Origin: the human T2T-CHM13v2.0 reference genome, Homo sapiens
Assembly (NCBI RefSeq): GCF_009914755.1
Contig: NC_060937.1
DNA length: 64,000 nucleotides
Strand: one strand, 5' to 3'
Part shown: positions 10,001 to 23,400 of the stretch, piece by piece
Position numbering within the stretch: position 1 is the first letter of the stretch
How the letters are laid out: every line of letters starts with the position of its first letter
Position numbers and translations under genes: made by a program
The notes under the pieces: model-generated
The model's database searches: none
The model's input: the letters and a program-made list of their open reading frames with translations, nothing else
What the model was told of the DNA's origin: nothing

Positions 10001-13000
10001 AGAATCCTTCTGTCTCGTTTTTATGGGAAGATATTTACTTTTTCACCGTAGGCATCAAAGCGCTCCAAATGTCCACATCCAGATACTCCAGAAAGAGTGT
10101 TTCAAACCTGCTCTATGAAAGGGAATCTTCAACTCTATGAGTTGAATGCAGACATCAGAAAGAAATTTCTGAGAATGCTGCTGTCTACCTTTTATTTGAA
10201 CTCCCGCTTCCAACGAAATCCTCCAAGCTATCCAAATATCCACTTGCATTTTCCACAAAAAGAGTGCTTCAAAACTGCTCTATCAATAAATGTTCAACTC
10301 CTTTAGCTGGGTGCACACATCACAAACAAGTTTCTGAGAATGCTTCTGTCTAGTTTTTATGGGAAGACATTCCCTTTTTCACCAAAGGCATCAAAGCGCT
10401 CCAAATGTCCACTTCCAGACACTACAAAAAGAGTGTTTCCAACGTGCTCTAAGAAAGCGAATGTTCAACTCTGTGACTTGAATGCAGATATCACAAAGTA
10501 GTTTCTGAGAGGGCTTCTGTCTAGATTTTAGATGATGATATTCCCGTTTCCAACGAAATCATTAGAGCTATCCAAATATCCACTTACGGTTTCTACAAAA
10601 AGAGTGTTTCCAAACTGCTGCATCAAAAGAGAGGTTCCACTCTGTTAGCTGAGTACACACATCACAAACTTGTTTCTGAGAATCCTTCTGTGTCGTTTTT
10701 ATGGGAAGATATTTACTTTTTCACCGTAGGCATCAAAGCGCTCCAAATGTCCACATCCAGATACTCCAGAAAGAGTGTTTCAAACCTGCTCTATGAAAGG
10801 GAATCTTCAACTCTATGAGTTGAATGCAGACATCAGAAAGAAATTTCTGAGAATGCTGCTGTCTACCTTTTATTTGAATTCCCGCTTCCAACGAAATCCT
10901 CCAAGCTATCCAAATATCCACTTGCAGATTCCACAAAAAGAGTGTTTCAAAACTGCTCTCTATCAATGGCAAAGTTCAACTCTGTTAGTTGAGGACACAT
11001 ATCACCAACAAGTTTCTGAGAATGCTTCTGTCTATTTTTTATGGGAAGATATTTCCTTTTTCACCGTAGGCGTCAAGGCGATCGAAATGTCCACTTCCAC
11101 AAACTACAAAAAGAGTGTTTCAAACCTGCTCTATGAAAGGCCATGTTCATCTCTATGAGTCGAATGGAAATATCCGAAAGAAATTTCTGGGAATGCTGCT
11201 GTCTAGTTTTTATACGAATTCCCGCTTCCAACGAAATCCTCAAAGCAATCCAAATATCCACTTGCAGAATCCACAAAAAGAGTGTTTCAAAACTGCTCTA
11301 TCAATAGAAAGGTTCAACTCTTTTAGTTGAGTACACACATCACAAACAAGTTTCTGAGAATGCTTCTGTCTGGCTTTTATTGGAAGACGTTTCCTTTTCA
11401 CCAAAGGCATCAAAGCGCTCCAAATGTCCACTTCCAGATTCTTCCAAAAGAGTGTTTGAAACGTGCTCAAAGTAAGGGAATGTTCAACTCTGTGACTTGA
11501 ATGCAGATATCACCAAGTAGTTTCTAATAGTGCTTCTGTCTAGATTTTAGATGATGATATTCCCGTTTCCAACGAAATCGTTAGAGCTATCCAAATATCC
11601 ACTTACAGTTGCTACAAAAAGAGTGTTTCCAAACTGCTGCATCAAAAGAAAGGTTCAACTCTGTTAGTTGAGGACACACATCACAAAGAAGTTTGTGAGA
11701 ATGCTTCTGTCTAGATTTTGTATGACGATATTCCCTTTTCCAACGATATCGTTAAAGCAATCTAAATATCCATTTGCAGAATCCACAAAAATAGAGTTTC
11801 AAAGCTGCTCTGTAAAAAGAAAGGTTCCACTCTGTTAGCTGAGTACACACATCACAAACTTGTTTCTGAGAATCCTTCTGTCTCGTTTTTCTGGGAAGAT
11901 ATTTACTTTTTCACCGTAGGCATCAAAGCGCTCCAAATGTCCACATCCAGATACTCCAGAAAGAGTGTTTCAAACCTGCTCTATGAAAGGGAATCTTCAA
12001 CTCTATGAGTTGAATGCAGACATCAGAAAGAAATTTCTGAGAATGCTGCTGTCTACCTTTTATTTGAATTCCCGCTTCCAACGAAATCCTCCAAGCTATC
12101 CAAATATCCACTTGCAGATTCCACAAAAAGAGTGTTTCAAAACTGCTCTCTATCAATGGCAAAGTTCAACTCTGTTAGTTGAGGACACATATCACCAACA
12201 AGTTTCTGAGAATGCTTCTGTCTATTTTTTATGGGAAGATATTTCCTTTTTCACCGTAGGCGTCAAGGCGATCGAAATGTCCACTTCCACAAACTACAAA
12301 AAGAGTGTTTCAAACCTGCTCTATGAAAGGCCATGTTCATCTCTATGAGTCGAATGGAAATATCCGAAAGAAATTTCTGGGAATGCTGCTGTCTAGTTTT
12401 TATACGAATTCCCGCTTCCAACGAAATCCTCAAAGCAATCCAAATATCCACTTGCAGAATCCACAAAAAGAGTGTTTCAAAACTGCTCTATCAATAGAAA
12501 GGTTCAACTCTTTTAGTTGAGTACACACATCACAAACAAGTTTCTGAGAATGCTTCTGTCTGGCTTTTATTGGAAGACGTTTCCTTTTCACCAAAGGCAT
12601 CAAAGCGCTCCAAATGTCCACTTCCAGATTCTTCCAAAAGAGTGTTTGAAACGTGCTCAAAGTAAGGGAATGTTCAACTCTGTGACTTGAATGCAGATAT
12701 CACCAAGTAGTTTCTAATAGTGCTTCTGTCTAGATTTTAGATGATGATATTCCCGTTTCCAACGAAATCGTTAGAGCTATCCAAATATCCACTTACAGTT
12801 TCTACAAAAAGAGTGTTTCCAAACTGCTGCATCAAAAGAAAGGTTCAACTCTGTTAGTTGAGGACACACGTCACAAAGAAGTTTGTGAGAATGCTTCTGT
12901 CTAGATTTTGTATGACCATATTCCCTTTTCCAGCGATATCATTAAAGCAATCTAAATATCCATTTGCAGAATCCACAAAAATAGAGTTTCAAAGCTGCTC

Positions 13001-15704
13001 TGTAAAAAGAAAGGTTCCACTCTGTTAGCTGAGTACACACATCACAAACTTGTTTCTCAGAATCCTTCTGTCTCGTTTTTATGGGAAGATATTTACTTTT
13101 TCACCGTAGGCATCAAAGCGCTCCAAATGTCCACATCCAGATACTCCAGAAAGAGTGTTTCAAACCTGCTCTATGAAAGGGAATCTTCAACTCTATGAGT
13201 TGAATGCAGACATCAGAAAGAAATTTCTGAGAATGCTGCTGTCTACCTTTTATTTGAATTCCCGCTTCCGACGAAATCCTCCAAGCTATCCAAATATCCA
13301 CCTGCATTTTCCACAAAAAGAGCGTTTCAAAACTGCTCTATCAATAGAAATGTTCAACTCCTTTGGCTGGGTACACACATCACAAACAAGTTTCTGAGAA
13401 TGCTTCTGTCTAGTTTTTATGGGAAGACATTCCCTTTTTCACCAAAGGCATCAAAGCGCTCCAAATGTCCACTTCCAGACACTACAAAAAGAGTGTTTCC
13501 AACGTGCTCTAAGAAAGCGAATGTTCAACTCTGTGACTTGAATGCAGATATCACAAAGTAGTTTCTGAGAGGGCTTCTGTCTAGATTTTAGATGATGATA
13601 TTCCCGTTTCCAACGAAATCATTAGAGCTATCCAAATATCCACTTACAGTTTCTACAAAAAGAGTGTTTCCAAACTGCTGCATCAAAAGAGAGGTTCCAC
13701 TCTGTTAGCTGAGTACACACATCACAAACTTGTTTCTCAGAATCCTTCTGTGTCGTTTTTATGGGAAGATATTTACTTTTTCACCGTAGGCATCAAAGCG
13801 CTCCAAATGTCCACATCCAGATACTCCAGAAAGAGTGTTTCAAACCTGCTCTATGAAAGGGAATCTTCAACTCTATGAGTTGAATGCAGACATCAGAAAG
13901 AAATTTCTGAGAATGCTGCTGTCTACCTTTTATTTGAATTCCCGCTTCCAACGAAATCCTCCAAGCTATCCAAATATCCACTTGCAGATTCCACAAAAAG
14001 AGTGTTTCAAAACTGCTCTCTATCAATGGCAAAGTTCAACTCTGTTAGTTGAGGACACATATCACCAACAAGTTTCTGAGAATGCTTCTGTCTATTTTTT
14101 ATGGGAAGATATTTCCTTTTTCACCGTAGGCGTCAAGGCGATCGAAATGTCCACTTCCACAAACTACAAAAAGAGTGTTTCAAACCTGCTCTATGAAAGG
14201 CCATGTTCATCTCTATGAGTCGAATGGAAATATCCGAAAGAAATTTCTGGGAATGCTGCTGTCTAGTTTTTATACGAATTCCCGCTTCCAACGAAATCCT
14301 CAAAGCAATCCAAATATCCACTTGCAGAATCCACAAAAAGAGTGTTTCAAAACTGCTCTATCAATAGAAAGGTTCAACTCTTTTAGTTGAGTACACACAT
14401 CACAAACAAGTTTCTGAGAATGCTTCTGTCTGGCTTTTATTGGAAGACGTTTCCTTTTCACCAAAGGCATCAAAGCGCTCCAAATGTCCACTTCCAGATT
14501 CTTCCAAAAGAGTGTTTGAAACGTGCTCAAAGTAAGGGAATGTTCAACTCTGTGACTTGAATGCAGATATCACCAAGTAGTTTCTAATAGTGCTTCTGTC
14601 TAGATTTTAGATGATGATATTCCCGTTTCCAACGAAATCGTTAGAGCTATCCAAATATCCACTTACAGTTTCTACAAAAAGAGTGTTTCCAAACTGCTGC
14701 ATCAAAAGAAAGGTTCAACTCTGTTAGTTGAGGACACACATCACAAAGAAGTTTGTGAGAATGCTTCTGTCTAGATTTTGTATGACCATATTCCCTTTTC
14801 CAGCGATATCATTAAAGCAATCTAAATATCCATTTGCAGAATCCACAAAAATAGAGTTTCAAAGCTGCTCTGTAAAAAGAAAGGTTCCACTCTGTTAGCT
14901 GAGTACACACATCACAAACTTGTTTCTCAGAATCCTTCTGTCTCGTTTTTATGGGAAGATATTTACTTTTTCACCGTAGGCATCAAAGCGCTCCAAATGT
15001 CCACATCCAGATACTCCAGAAAGAGTGTTTCAAACCTGCTCTATGAAAGGGAATCTTCAACTCTATGAGTTGAATGCAGACATCAGAAAGAAATTTCTGA
15101 GAATGCTGCTGTCTACCTTTTATTTGAATTCCCGCTTCCAACGAAATCCTCCAAGCTATCCAAATATCCACCTGCATTTTCCACAAAAAGAGCGTTTCAA
15201 AACTGCTCTATCAATAGAAATGTTCAACTCCTTTGGCTGGGTACACACATCACAAACAAGTTTCTGAGAATGCTTCTGTCTAGTTTTTATGGGAAGACAT
15301 TCCCTTTTTCACCAAAGGCATCAAAGCGCTCCAAATGTCCACTTCCAGACACTACAAAAAGAGTGTTTCCAACGTGCTCTAAGAAAGCGAATGTTCAACT
15401 CTGTGACTTGAATGCAGATATCACAAAGTAGTTTCTGAGAGGGCTTCTGTCTAGATTTTAGATGATGATATTCCCGTTTCCAACGAAATCATTAGAGCTA
15501 TCCAAATATCCACTTACAGTTTCTACAAAAAGAGTGTTTCCAAACTGCTGCATCAAAAGAGAGGTTCCACTCTGTTAGCTGAGTACACACATCACAAACT
15601 TGTTTCTCAGAATCCTTCTGTCTCGTTTTTCTGGGAAGATATTTACTTTTTCACCGTAGGCATCAAAGCGCTCCAAATGTCCACATCCAGATACTCCAGA
15701 AAGA

Positions 15705-18700
15705 GTGTTTCAAACCTGCTCTATGAAAGGGAATCTTCAACTCTATGAGTTGAATGCAGACATCAGAAAGAAATTTCTGAGAATGCTGCTGTCTACCTTT
15801 TATTTGAATTCCCGCTTCCAACGAAATCCTCCAAGCTATCCAAATATCCACTTGCAGATTCCACAAAAAGAGTGTTTCAAAACTGCTCTCTATCAATGGC
15901 AAAGTTCAACTCTGTTAGTTGAGGACACATATCACCAACAAGTTTCTGAGAATGCTTCTGTCTATTTTTTATGGGAAGATATTTCCTTTTTCACCGTAGG
16001 CGTCAAGGCGATCGAAATGTCCACTTCCACAAACTACAAAAAGAGTGTTTCAAACCTGCTCTATGAAAGGCCATGTTCATCTCTATGAGTCGAATGGAAA
16101 TATCCGAAAGAAATTTCTGGGAATGCTGCTGTCTAGTTTTTATACGAATTCCCGCTTCCAACGAAATCCTCAAAGCAATCCAAATATCCACTTGCAGAAT
16201 CCACAAAAAGAGTGTTTCAAAACTGCTCTATCAATAGAAAGGTTCAACTCTTTTAGTTGAGTACACACATCACAAACAAGTTTCTGAGAATGCTTCTGTC
16301 TGGCTTTTATTGGAAGACGTTTCCTTTTCACCAAAGGCATCAAAGCGCTCCAAATGTCCACTTCCAGATTCTTCCAAAAGAGTGTTTGAAACGTGCTCAA
16401 AGTAAGGGAATGTTCAACTCTGTGACTTGAATGCAGATATCACCAAGTAGTTTCTAATAGTGCTTCTGTCTAGATTTTAGATGATGATATTCCCGTTTCC
16501 AACGAAATCGTTAGAGCTATCCAAATATCCACTTACAGTTGCTACAAAAACAGTGTTTCCAAACTGCTGCATCAAAAGAAAGGTTCAACTCTGTTAGTTG
16601 AGGACACACGTCACAAAGAAGTTTGTGAGAATGCTTCTGTCTAGATTTTGTATGACAATATTCCCTTTTCCAACGATATCATTAAAGCAATCTAAATATC
16701 CATTTGCAGAATCCACAAAAATAGAGTTTCAAAGCTGCTCTGTAAAAAGAAAGGTTCCACTCTGTTAGCTGAGTACACACATCACAAACTTGTTTCTCAG
16801 AATCCTTCTGTCTCGTTTTTATGGGAAGATATTTACTTTTTCACCGTAGGCATCAAAGCGCTCCAAATGTCCACATCCAGATACTCCAGAAAGAGTGTTT
16901 CAAACCTGCTCTATGAAAGGGAATCTTCAACTCTATGAGTTGAATGCAGACATCAGAAAGAAATTTCTGAGAATGCTGCTGTCTACCTTTTATTTGAATT
17001 CCCGCTTCCAACGAAATCCTCCAAGCTATCCAAATATCCACTTGCAGATTCCACAAAAAGAGTGTTTCAAAACTGCTCTCTATCAATGGCAAAGTTCAAC
17101 TCTGTTAGTTGAGGACACATATCACCAACAAGTTTCTGAGAATGCTTCTGTCTATTTTTTATGGGAAGATATTTCCTTTTTCACCGTAGGCGTCAAGGCG
17201 ATCGAAATGTCCACTTCCACAAACTACAAAAAGAGTGTTTCAAACCTGCTCTATGAAAGGCCATGTTCATCTCTATGAGTCGAATGGAAATATCCGAAAG
17301 AAATTTCTGGGAATGCTGCTGTCTAGTTTTTATACGAATTCCCGCTTCCAACGAAATCCTCAAAGCAATCCAAATATCCACTTGCAGAATCCACAAAAAG
17401 AGTGTTTCAAAACTGCTCTATCAATAGAAAGGTTCAACTCTTTTAGTTGAGTACACACATCACAAACAAGTTTCTGAGAATGCTTCTGTCTGGCTTTTAT
17501 TGGAAGACGTTTCCTTTTCACCAAAGGCATCAAAGCGCTCCAAATGTCCACTTCCAGATTCTTCCAAAAGAGTGTTTGAAACGTGCTCAAAGTAAGGGAA
17601 TGTTCAACTCTGTGACTTGAATGCAGATATCACCAAGTAGTTTCTAATAGTGCTTCTGTCTAGATTTTAGATGATGATATTCCCGTTTCCAACGAAATCG
17701 TTAGAGCTATCCAAATATCCACTTACAGTTGCTACAAAAACAGTGTTTCCAAACTGCTGCATCAAAAGAAAGGTTCAACTCTGTTAGTTGAGGACACACG
17801 TCACAAAGAAGTTTGTGAGAATGCTTCTGTCTAGATTTTGTATGACGATATTCCCTTTTCCAACGATATCATTAAAGCAATCTAAATATCCATTTGCAGA
17901 ATCCACAAAAATAGAGTTTCAAAGCTGCTCTGTAAAAAGAAAGGTTCCACTCTGTTAGCTGAGTACACACATCACAAACTTGTTTCTCAGAATCCTTCTG
18001 TCTCGTTTTTCTGGGAAGATATTTACTTTTTCACCGTAGGCATCAAAGCGCTCCAAATGTCCACATCCAGATACTCCAGAAAGAGTGTTTCAAACCTGCT
18101 CTATGAAAGGGAATCTTCAACTCTATGAGTTGAATGCAGACATCAGAAAGAAATTTCTGAGAATGCTGCTGTCTACCTTTTATTTGAATTCCCGCTTCCA
18201 ACGAAATCCTCCAAGCTATCCAAATATCCACTTGCAGATTCCACAAAAAGAGTGTTTCAAAACTGCTCTCTATCAATGGCAAAGTTCAACTCTGTTAGTT
18301 GAGGACACATATCACCAACAAGTTTCTGAGAATGCTTCTGTCTATTTTTTATGGGAAGATATTTCCTTTTTCACCGTAGGCGTCAAGGCGATCGAAATGT
18401 CCACTTCCACAAACTACAAAAAGAGTGTTTCAAACCTGCTCTATGAAAGGCCATGTTCATCTCTATGAGTCGAATGGAAATATCCGAAAGAAATTTCTGG
18501 GAATGCTGCTGTCTAGTTTTTATACGAATTCCCGCTTCCAACGAAATCCTCAAAGCAATCCAAATATCCACTTGCAGAATCCACAAAAAGAGTGTTTCAA
18601 AACTGCTCTATCAATAGAAAGGTTCAACTCTTTTAGTTGAGTACACACATCACAAACAAGTTTCTGAGAATGCTTCTGTCTGGCTTTTATTGGAAGACGT

Positions 18701-20464
18701 TTCCTTTTCACCAAAGGCATCAAAGCGCTCCAAATGTCCACTTCCAGATTCTTCCAAAAGAGTGTTTGAAACGTGCTCAAAGTAAGGGAATGTTCAACTC
18801 TGTGACTTGAATGCAGATATCACCAAGTAGTTTCTAATAGTGCTTCTGTCTAGATTTTAGATGACGATATTCCCGTTTCCAACGAAATCGTTAGAGCTAT
18901 CCAAATATCCACTTACAGTTGCTACAAAAACAGTGTTTCCAAACTGCTGCATCAAAAGAAAGGTTCAACTCTGTTAGTTGAGGACACACGTCACAAAGAA
19001 GTTTGTGAGAATGCTTCTGTCTAGATTTTGTATGACGATATTCCCTTTTCCAACGATATCGTTAAAGCAATCTAAATATCCATTTGCAGAATCCACAAAA
19101 ATAGAGTTTCAAAGCTGCTCTGTAAAAAGAAAGGTTCCACTCTGTTAGCTGAGTACACACATCACAAACTTGTTTCTCAGAATCCTTCTGTCTCGTTTTT
19201 CTGGGAAGATATTTACTTTTTCACCGTAGGCATCAAAGCGCTCCAAATGTCCACATCCAGATACTCCAGAAAGAGTGTTTCAAACCTGCTCTATGAAAGG
19301 GAATCTTCAACTCTATGAGTTGAATGCAGACATCAGAAAGAAATTTCTGAGAATGCTGCTGTCTACCTTTTATTTGAATTCCCGCTTCCAACGAAATCCT
19401 CCAAGCTATCCAAATATCCACTTGCAGATTCCACAAAAAGAGTGTTTCAAAACTGCTCTCTATCAATGGCAAAGTTCAACTCTGTTAGTTGAGGACACAT
19501 ATCACCAACAAGTTTCTGAGAATGCTTCTGTCTATTTTTTATGGGAAGATATTTCCTTTTTCACCGTAGGCGTCAAGGCGATCGAAATGTCCACTTCCAC
19601 AAACTACAAAAAGAGTGTTTCAAACCTGCTCTATGAAAGGCCATGTTCATCTCTATGAGTCGAATGGAAATATCCGAAAGAAATTTCTGGGAATGCTGCT
19701 GTCTAGTTTTTATACGAATTCCCGCTTCCAACGAAATCCTCAAAGCAATCCAAATATCCACTTGCAGAATCCACAAAAAGAGTGTTTCAAAACTGCTCTA
19801 TCAATAGAAAGGTTCAACTCTTTTAGTTGAGTACACACATCACAAACAAGTTTCTGAGAATGCTTCTGTCTGGCTTTTATTGGAAGACGTTTCCTTTTCA
19901 CCAAAGGCATCAAAGCGCTCCAAATGTCCACTTCCAGATTCTTCCAAAAGAGTGTTTGAAACGTGCTCAAAGTAAGGGAATGTTCAACTCTGTGACTTGA
20001 ATGCAGATATCACCAAGTAGTTTCTAATAGTGCTTCTGTCTAGATTTTAGATGATGATATTCCCGTTTCCAACGAAATCGTTAGAGCTATCCAAATATCC
20101 ACTTACAGTTGCTACAAAAACAGTGTTTCCAAACTGCTGCATCAAAAGAAAGGTTCAACTCTGTTAGTTGAGGACACACGTCACAAAGAAGTTTGTGAGA
20201 ATGCTTCTGTCTAGATTTTGTATGACGATATTCCCTTTTCCAACGATATCGTTAAAGCAATCTAAATATCCATTTGCAGAATCCACAAAAATAGAGTTTC
20301 AAAGCTGCTCTGTAAAAAGAAAGGTTCCACTCTGTTAGCTGAGTACACACATCACAAACTTGTTTCTCAGAATCCTTCTGTCTCGTTTTTCTGGGAAGAT
20401 ATTTACTTTTTCACCGTAGGCATCAAAGCGCTCCAAATGTCCACATCCAGATACTCCAGAAAGA
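15705..20464 (-). repeat. Run of 4 tandem 7-mer HORs
   Basis: Unit starts 15705, 16895, 18085, 19275, each 1190 bp. Confidence 0.93.
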
Positions 20465-23400
20465 GTGTTTCAAACCTGCTCTATGAAAGGGAATCTTCAA
20501 CTCTATGAGTTGAATGCAGACATCAGAAAGAAATTTCTGAGAATGCTGCTGTCTACCTTTTATTTGAATTCCCGCTTCCAACGAAATCCTCCAAGCTATC
20601 CAAATATCCACTTGCAGATTCCACAAAAAGAGTGTTTCAAAACTGCTCTCTATCAATGGCAAAGTTCAACTCTGTTAGTTGAGGACACATATCACCAACA
20701 AGTTTCTGAGAATGCTTCTGTCTATTTTTTATGGGAAGATATTTCCTTTTTCACCGTAGGCGTCAAGGCGATCGAAATGTCCACTTCCACAAACTACAAA
20801 AAGAGTGTTTCAAACCTGCTCTATGAAAGGCCATGTTCATCTCTATGAGTCGAATGGAAATATCCGAAAGAAATTTCTGGGAATGCTGCTGTCTAGTTTT
20901 TATACGAATTCCCGCTTCCAACGAAATCCTCAAAGCAATCCAAATATCCACTTGCAGAATCCACAAAAAGAGTGTTTCAAAACTGCTCTATCAATAGAAA
21001 GGTTCAACTCTTTTAGTTGAGTACACACATCACAAACAAGTTTCTGAGAATGCTTCTGTCTGGCTTTTATTGGAAGACGTTTCCTTTTCACCAAAGGCAT
21101 CAAAGCGCTCCAAATGTCCACTTCCAGATTCTTCCAAAAGAGTGTTTGAAACGTGCTCAAAGTAAGGGAATGTTCAACTCTGTGACTTGAATGCAGATAT
21201 CACCAAGTAGTTTCTAATAGTGCTTCTGTCTAGATTTTAGATGATGATATTCCCGTTTCCAACGAAATCGTTAGAGCTATCCAAATATCCACTTACAGTT
21301 TCTACAAAAAGAGTGTTTCCAAACTGCTGCATCAAAAGAAAGGTTCAACTCTGTTAGTTGAGGACACACATCACAAAGAAGTTTGTGAGAATGCTTCTGT
21401 CTAGATTTTGTATGACCATATTCCCTTTTCCAGCGATATCATTAAAGCAATCTAAATATCCATTTGCAGAATCCACAAAAATAGAGTTTCAAAGCTGCTC
21501 TGTAAAAAGAAAGGTTCCACTCTGTTAGCTGAGTACACACATCACAAACTTGTTTCTGAGAATCCTTCTGTCTCGTTTTTATGGGAAGATATTTACTTTT
21601 TCACCGTAGGCATCAAAGCGCTCCAAATGTCCACATCCAGATACTCCAGAAAGAGTGTTTCAAACCTGCTCTATGAAAGGGAATCTTCAACTCTATGAGT
21701 TGAATGCAGACATCAGAAAGAAATTTCTGAGAATGCTGCTGTCTACCTTTTATTTGAATTCCCGCTTCCAACGAAATCCTCCAAGCTATCCAAATATCCA
21801 CCTGCATTTTCCACAAAAAGAGCGTTTCAAAACTGCTCTATCAATAGAAATGTTCAACTCCTTTGGCTGGGTACACACATCACAAACAAGTTTCTGAGAA
21901 TGCTTCTGTCTAGTTTTTATGGGAAGACATTCCCTTTTTCACCAAAGGCATCAAAGCGCTCCAAATGTCCACTTCCAGACACTACAAAAAGAGTGTTTCC
22001 AACGTGCTCTAAGAAAGCGAATGTTCAACTCTGTGACTTGAATGCAGATATCACAAAGTAGTTTCTGAGAGGGCTTCTGTCTAGATTTTAGATGATGATA
22101 TTCCCGTTTCCAACGAAATCATTAGAGCTATCCAAATATCCACTTACAGTTTCTACAAAAAGAGTGTTTCCAAACTGCTGCATCAAAAGAGAGGTTCCAC
22201 TCTGTTAGCTGAGTACACACATCACAAACTTGTTTCTCAGAATCCTTCTGTCTCGTTTTTCTGGGAAGATATTTACTTTTTCACCGTAGGCATCAAAGCG
22301 CTCCAAATGTCCACATCCAGATACTCCAGAAAGAGTGTTTCAAACCTGCTCTATGAAAGGGAATCTTCAACTCTATGAGTTGAATGCAGACATCAGAAAG
22401 AAATTTCTGAGAATGCTGCTGTCTACCTTTTATTTGAATTCCCGCTTCCAACGAAATCCTCCAAGCTATCCAAATATCCACTTGCAGATTCCACAAAAAG
22501 AGTGTTTCAAAACTGCTCTCTATCAATGGCAAAGTTCAACTCTGTTAGTTGAGGACACATATCACCAACAAGTTTCTGAGAATGCTTCTGTCTATTTTTT
22601 ATGGGAAGATATTTCCTTTTTCACCGTAGGCGTCAAGGCGATCGAAATGTCCACTTCCACAAACTACAAAAAGAGTGTTTCAAACCTGCTCTATGAAAGG
22701 CCATGTTCATCTCTATGAGTCGAATGGAAATATCCGAAAGAAATTTCTGGGAATGCTGCTGTCTAGTTTTTATACGAATTCCCGCTTCCAACGAAATCCT
22801 CAAAGCAATCCAAATATCCACTTGCAGAATCCACAAAAAGAGTGTTTCAAAACTGCTCTATCAATAGAAAGGTTCAACTCTTTTAGTTGAGTACACACAT
22901 CACAAACAAGTTTCTGAGAATGCTTCTGTCTGGCTTTTATTGGAAGACGTTTCCTTTTCACCAAAGGCATCAAAGCGCTCCAAATGTCCACTTCCAGATT
23001 CTTCCAAAAGAGTGTTTGAAACGTGCTCAAAGTAAGGGAATGTTCAACTCTGTGACTTGAATGCAGATATCACCAAGTAGTTTCTAATAGTGCTTCTGTC
23101 TAGATTTTAGATGATGATATTCCCGTTTCCAACGAAATCGTTAGAGCTATCCAAATATCCACTTACAGTTTCTACAAAAAGAGTGTTTCCAAACTGCTGC
23201 ATCAAAAGAAAGGTTCAACTCTGTTAGTTGAGGACACACATCACAAAGAAGTTTGTGAGAATGCTTCTGTCTAGATTTTGTATGACCATATTCCCTTTTC
23301 CAGCGATATCATTAAAGCAATCTAAATATCCATTTGCAGAATCCACAAAAATAGAGTTTCAAAGCTGCTCTGTAAAAAGAAAGGTTCCACTCTGTTAGCT

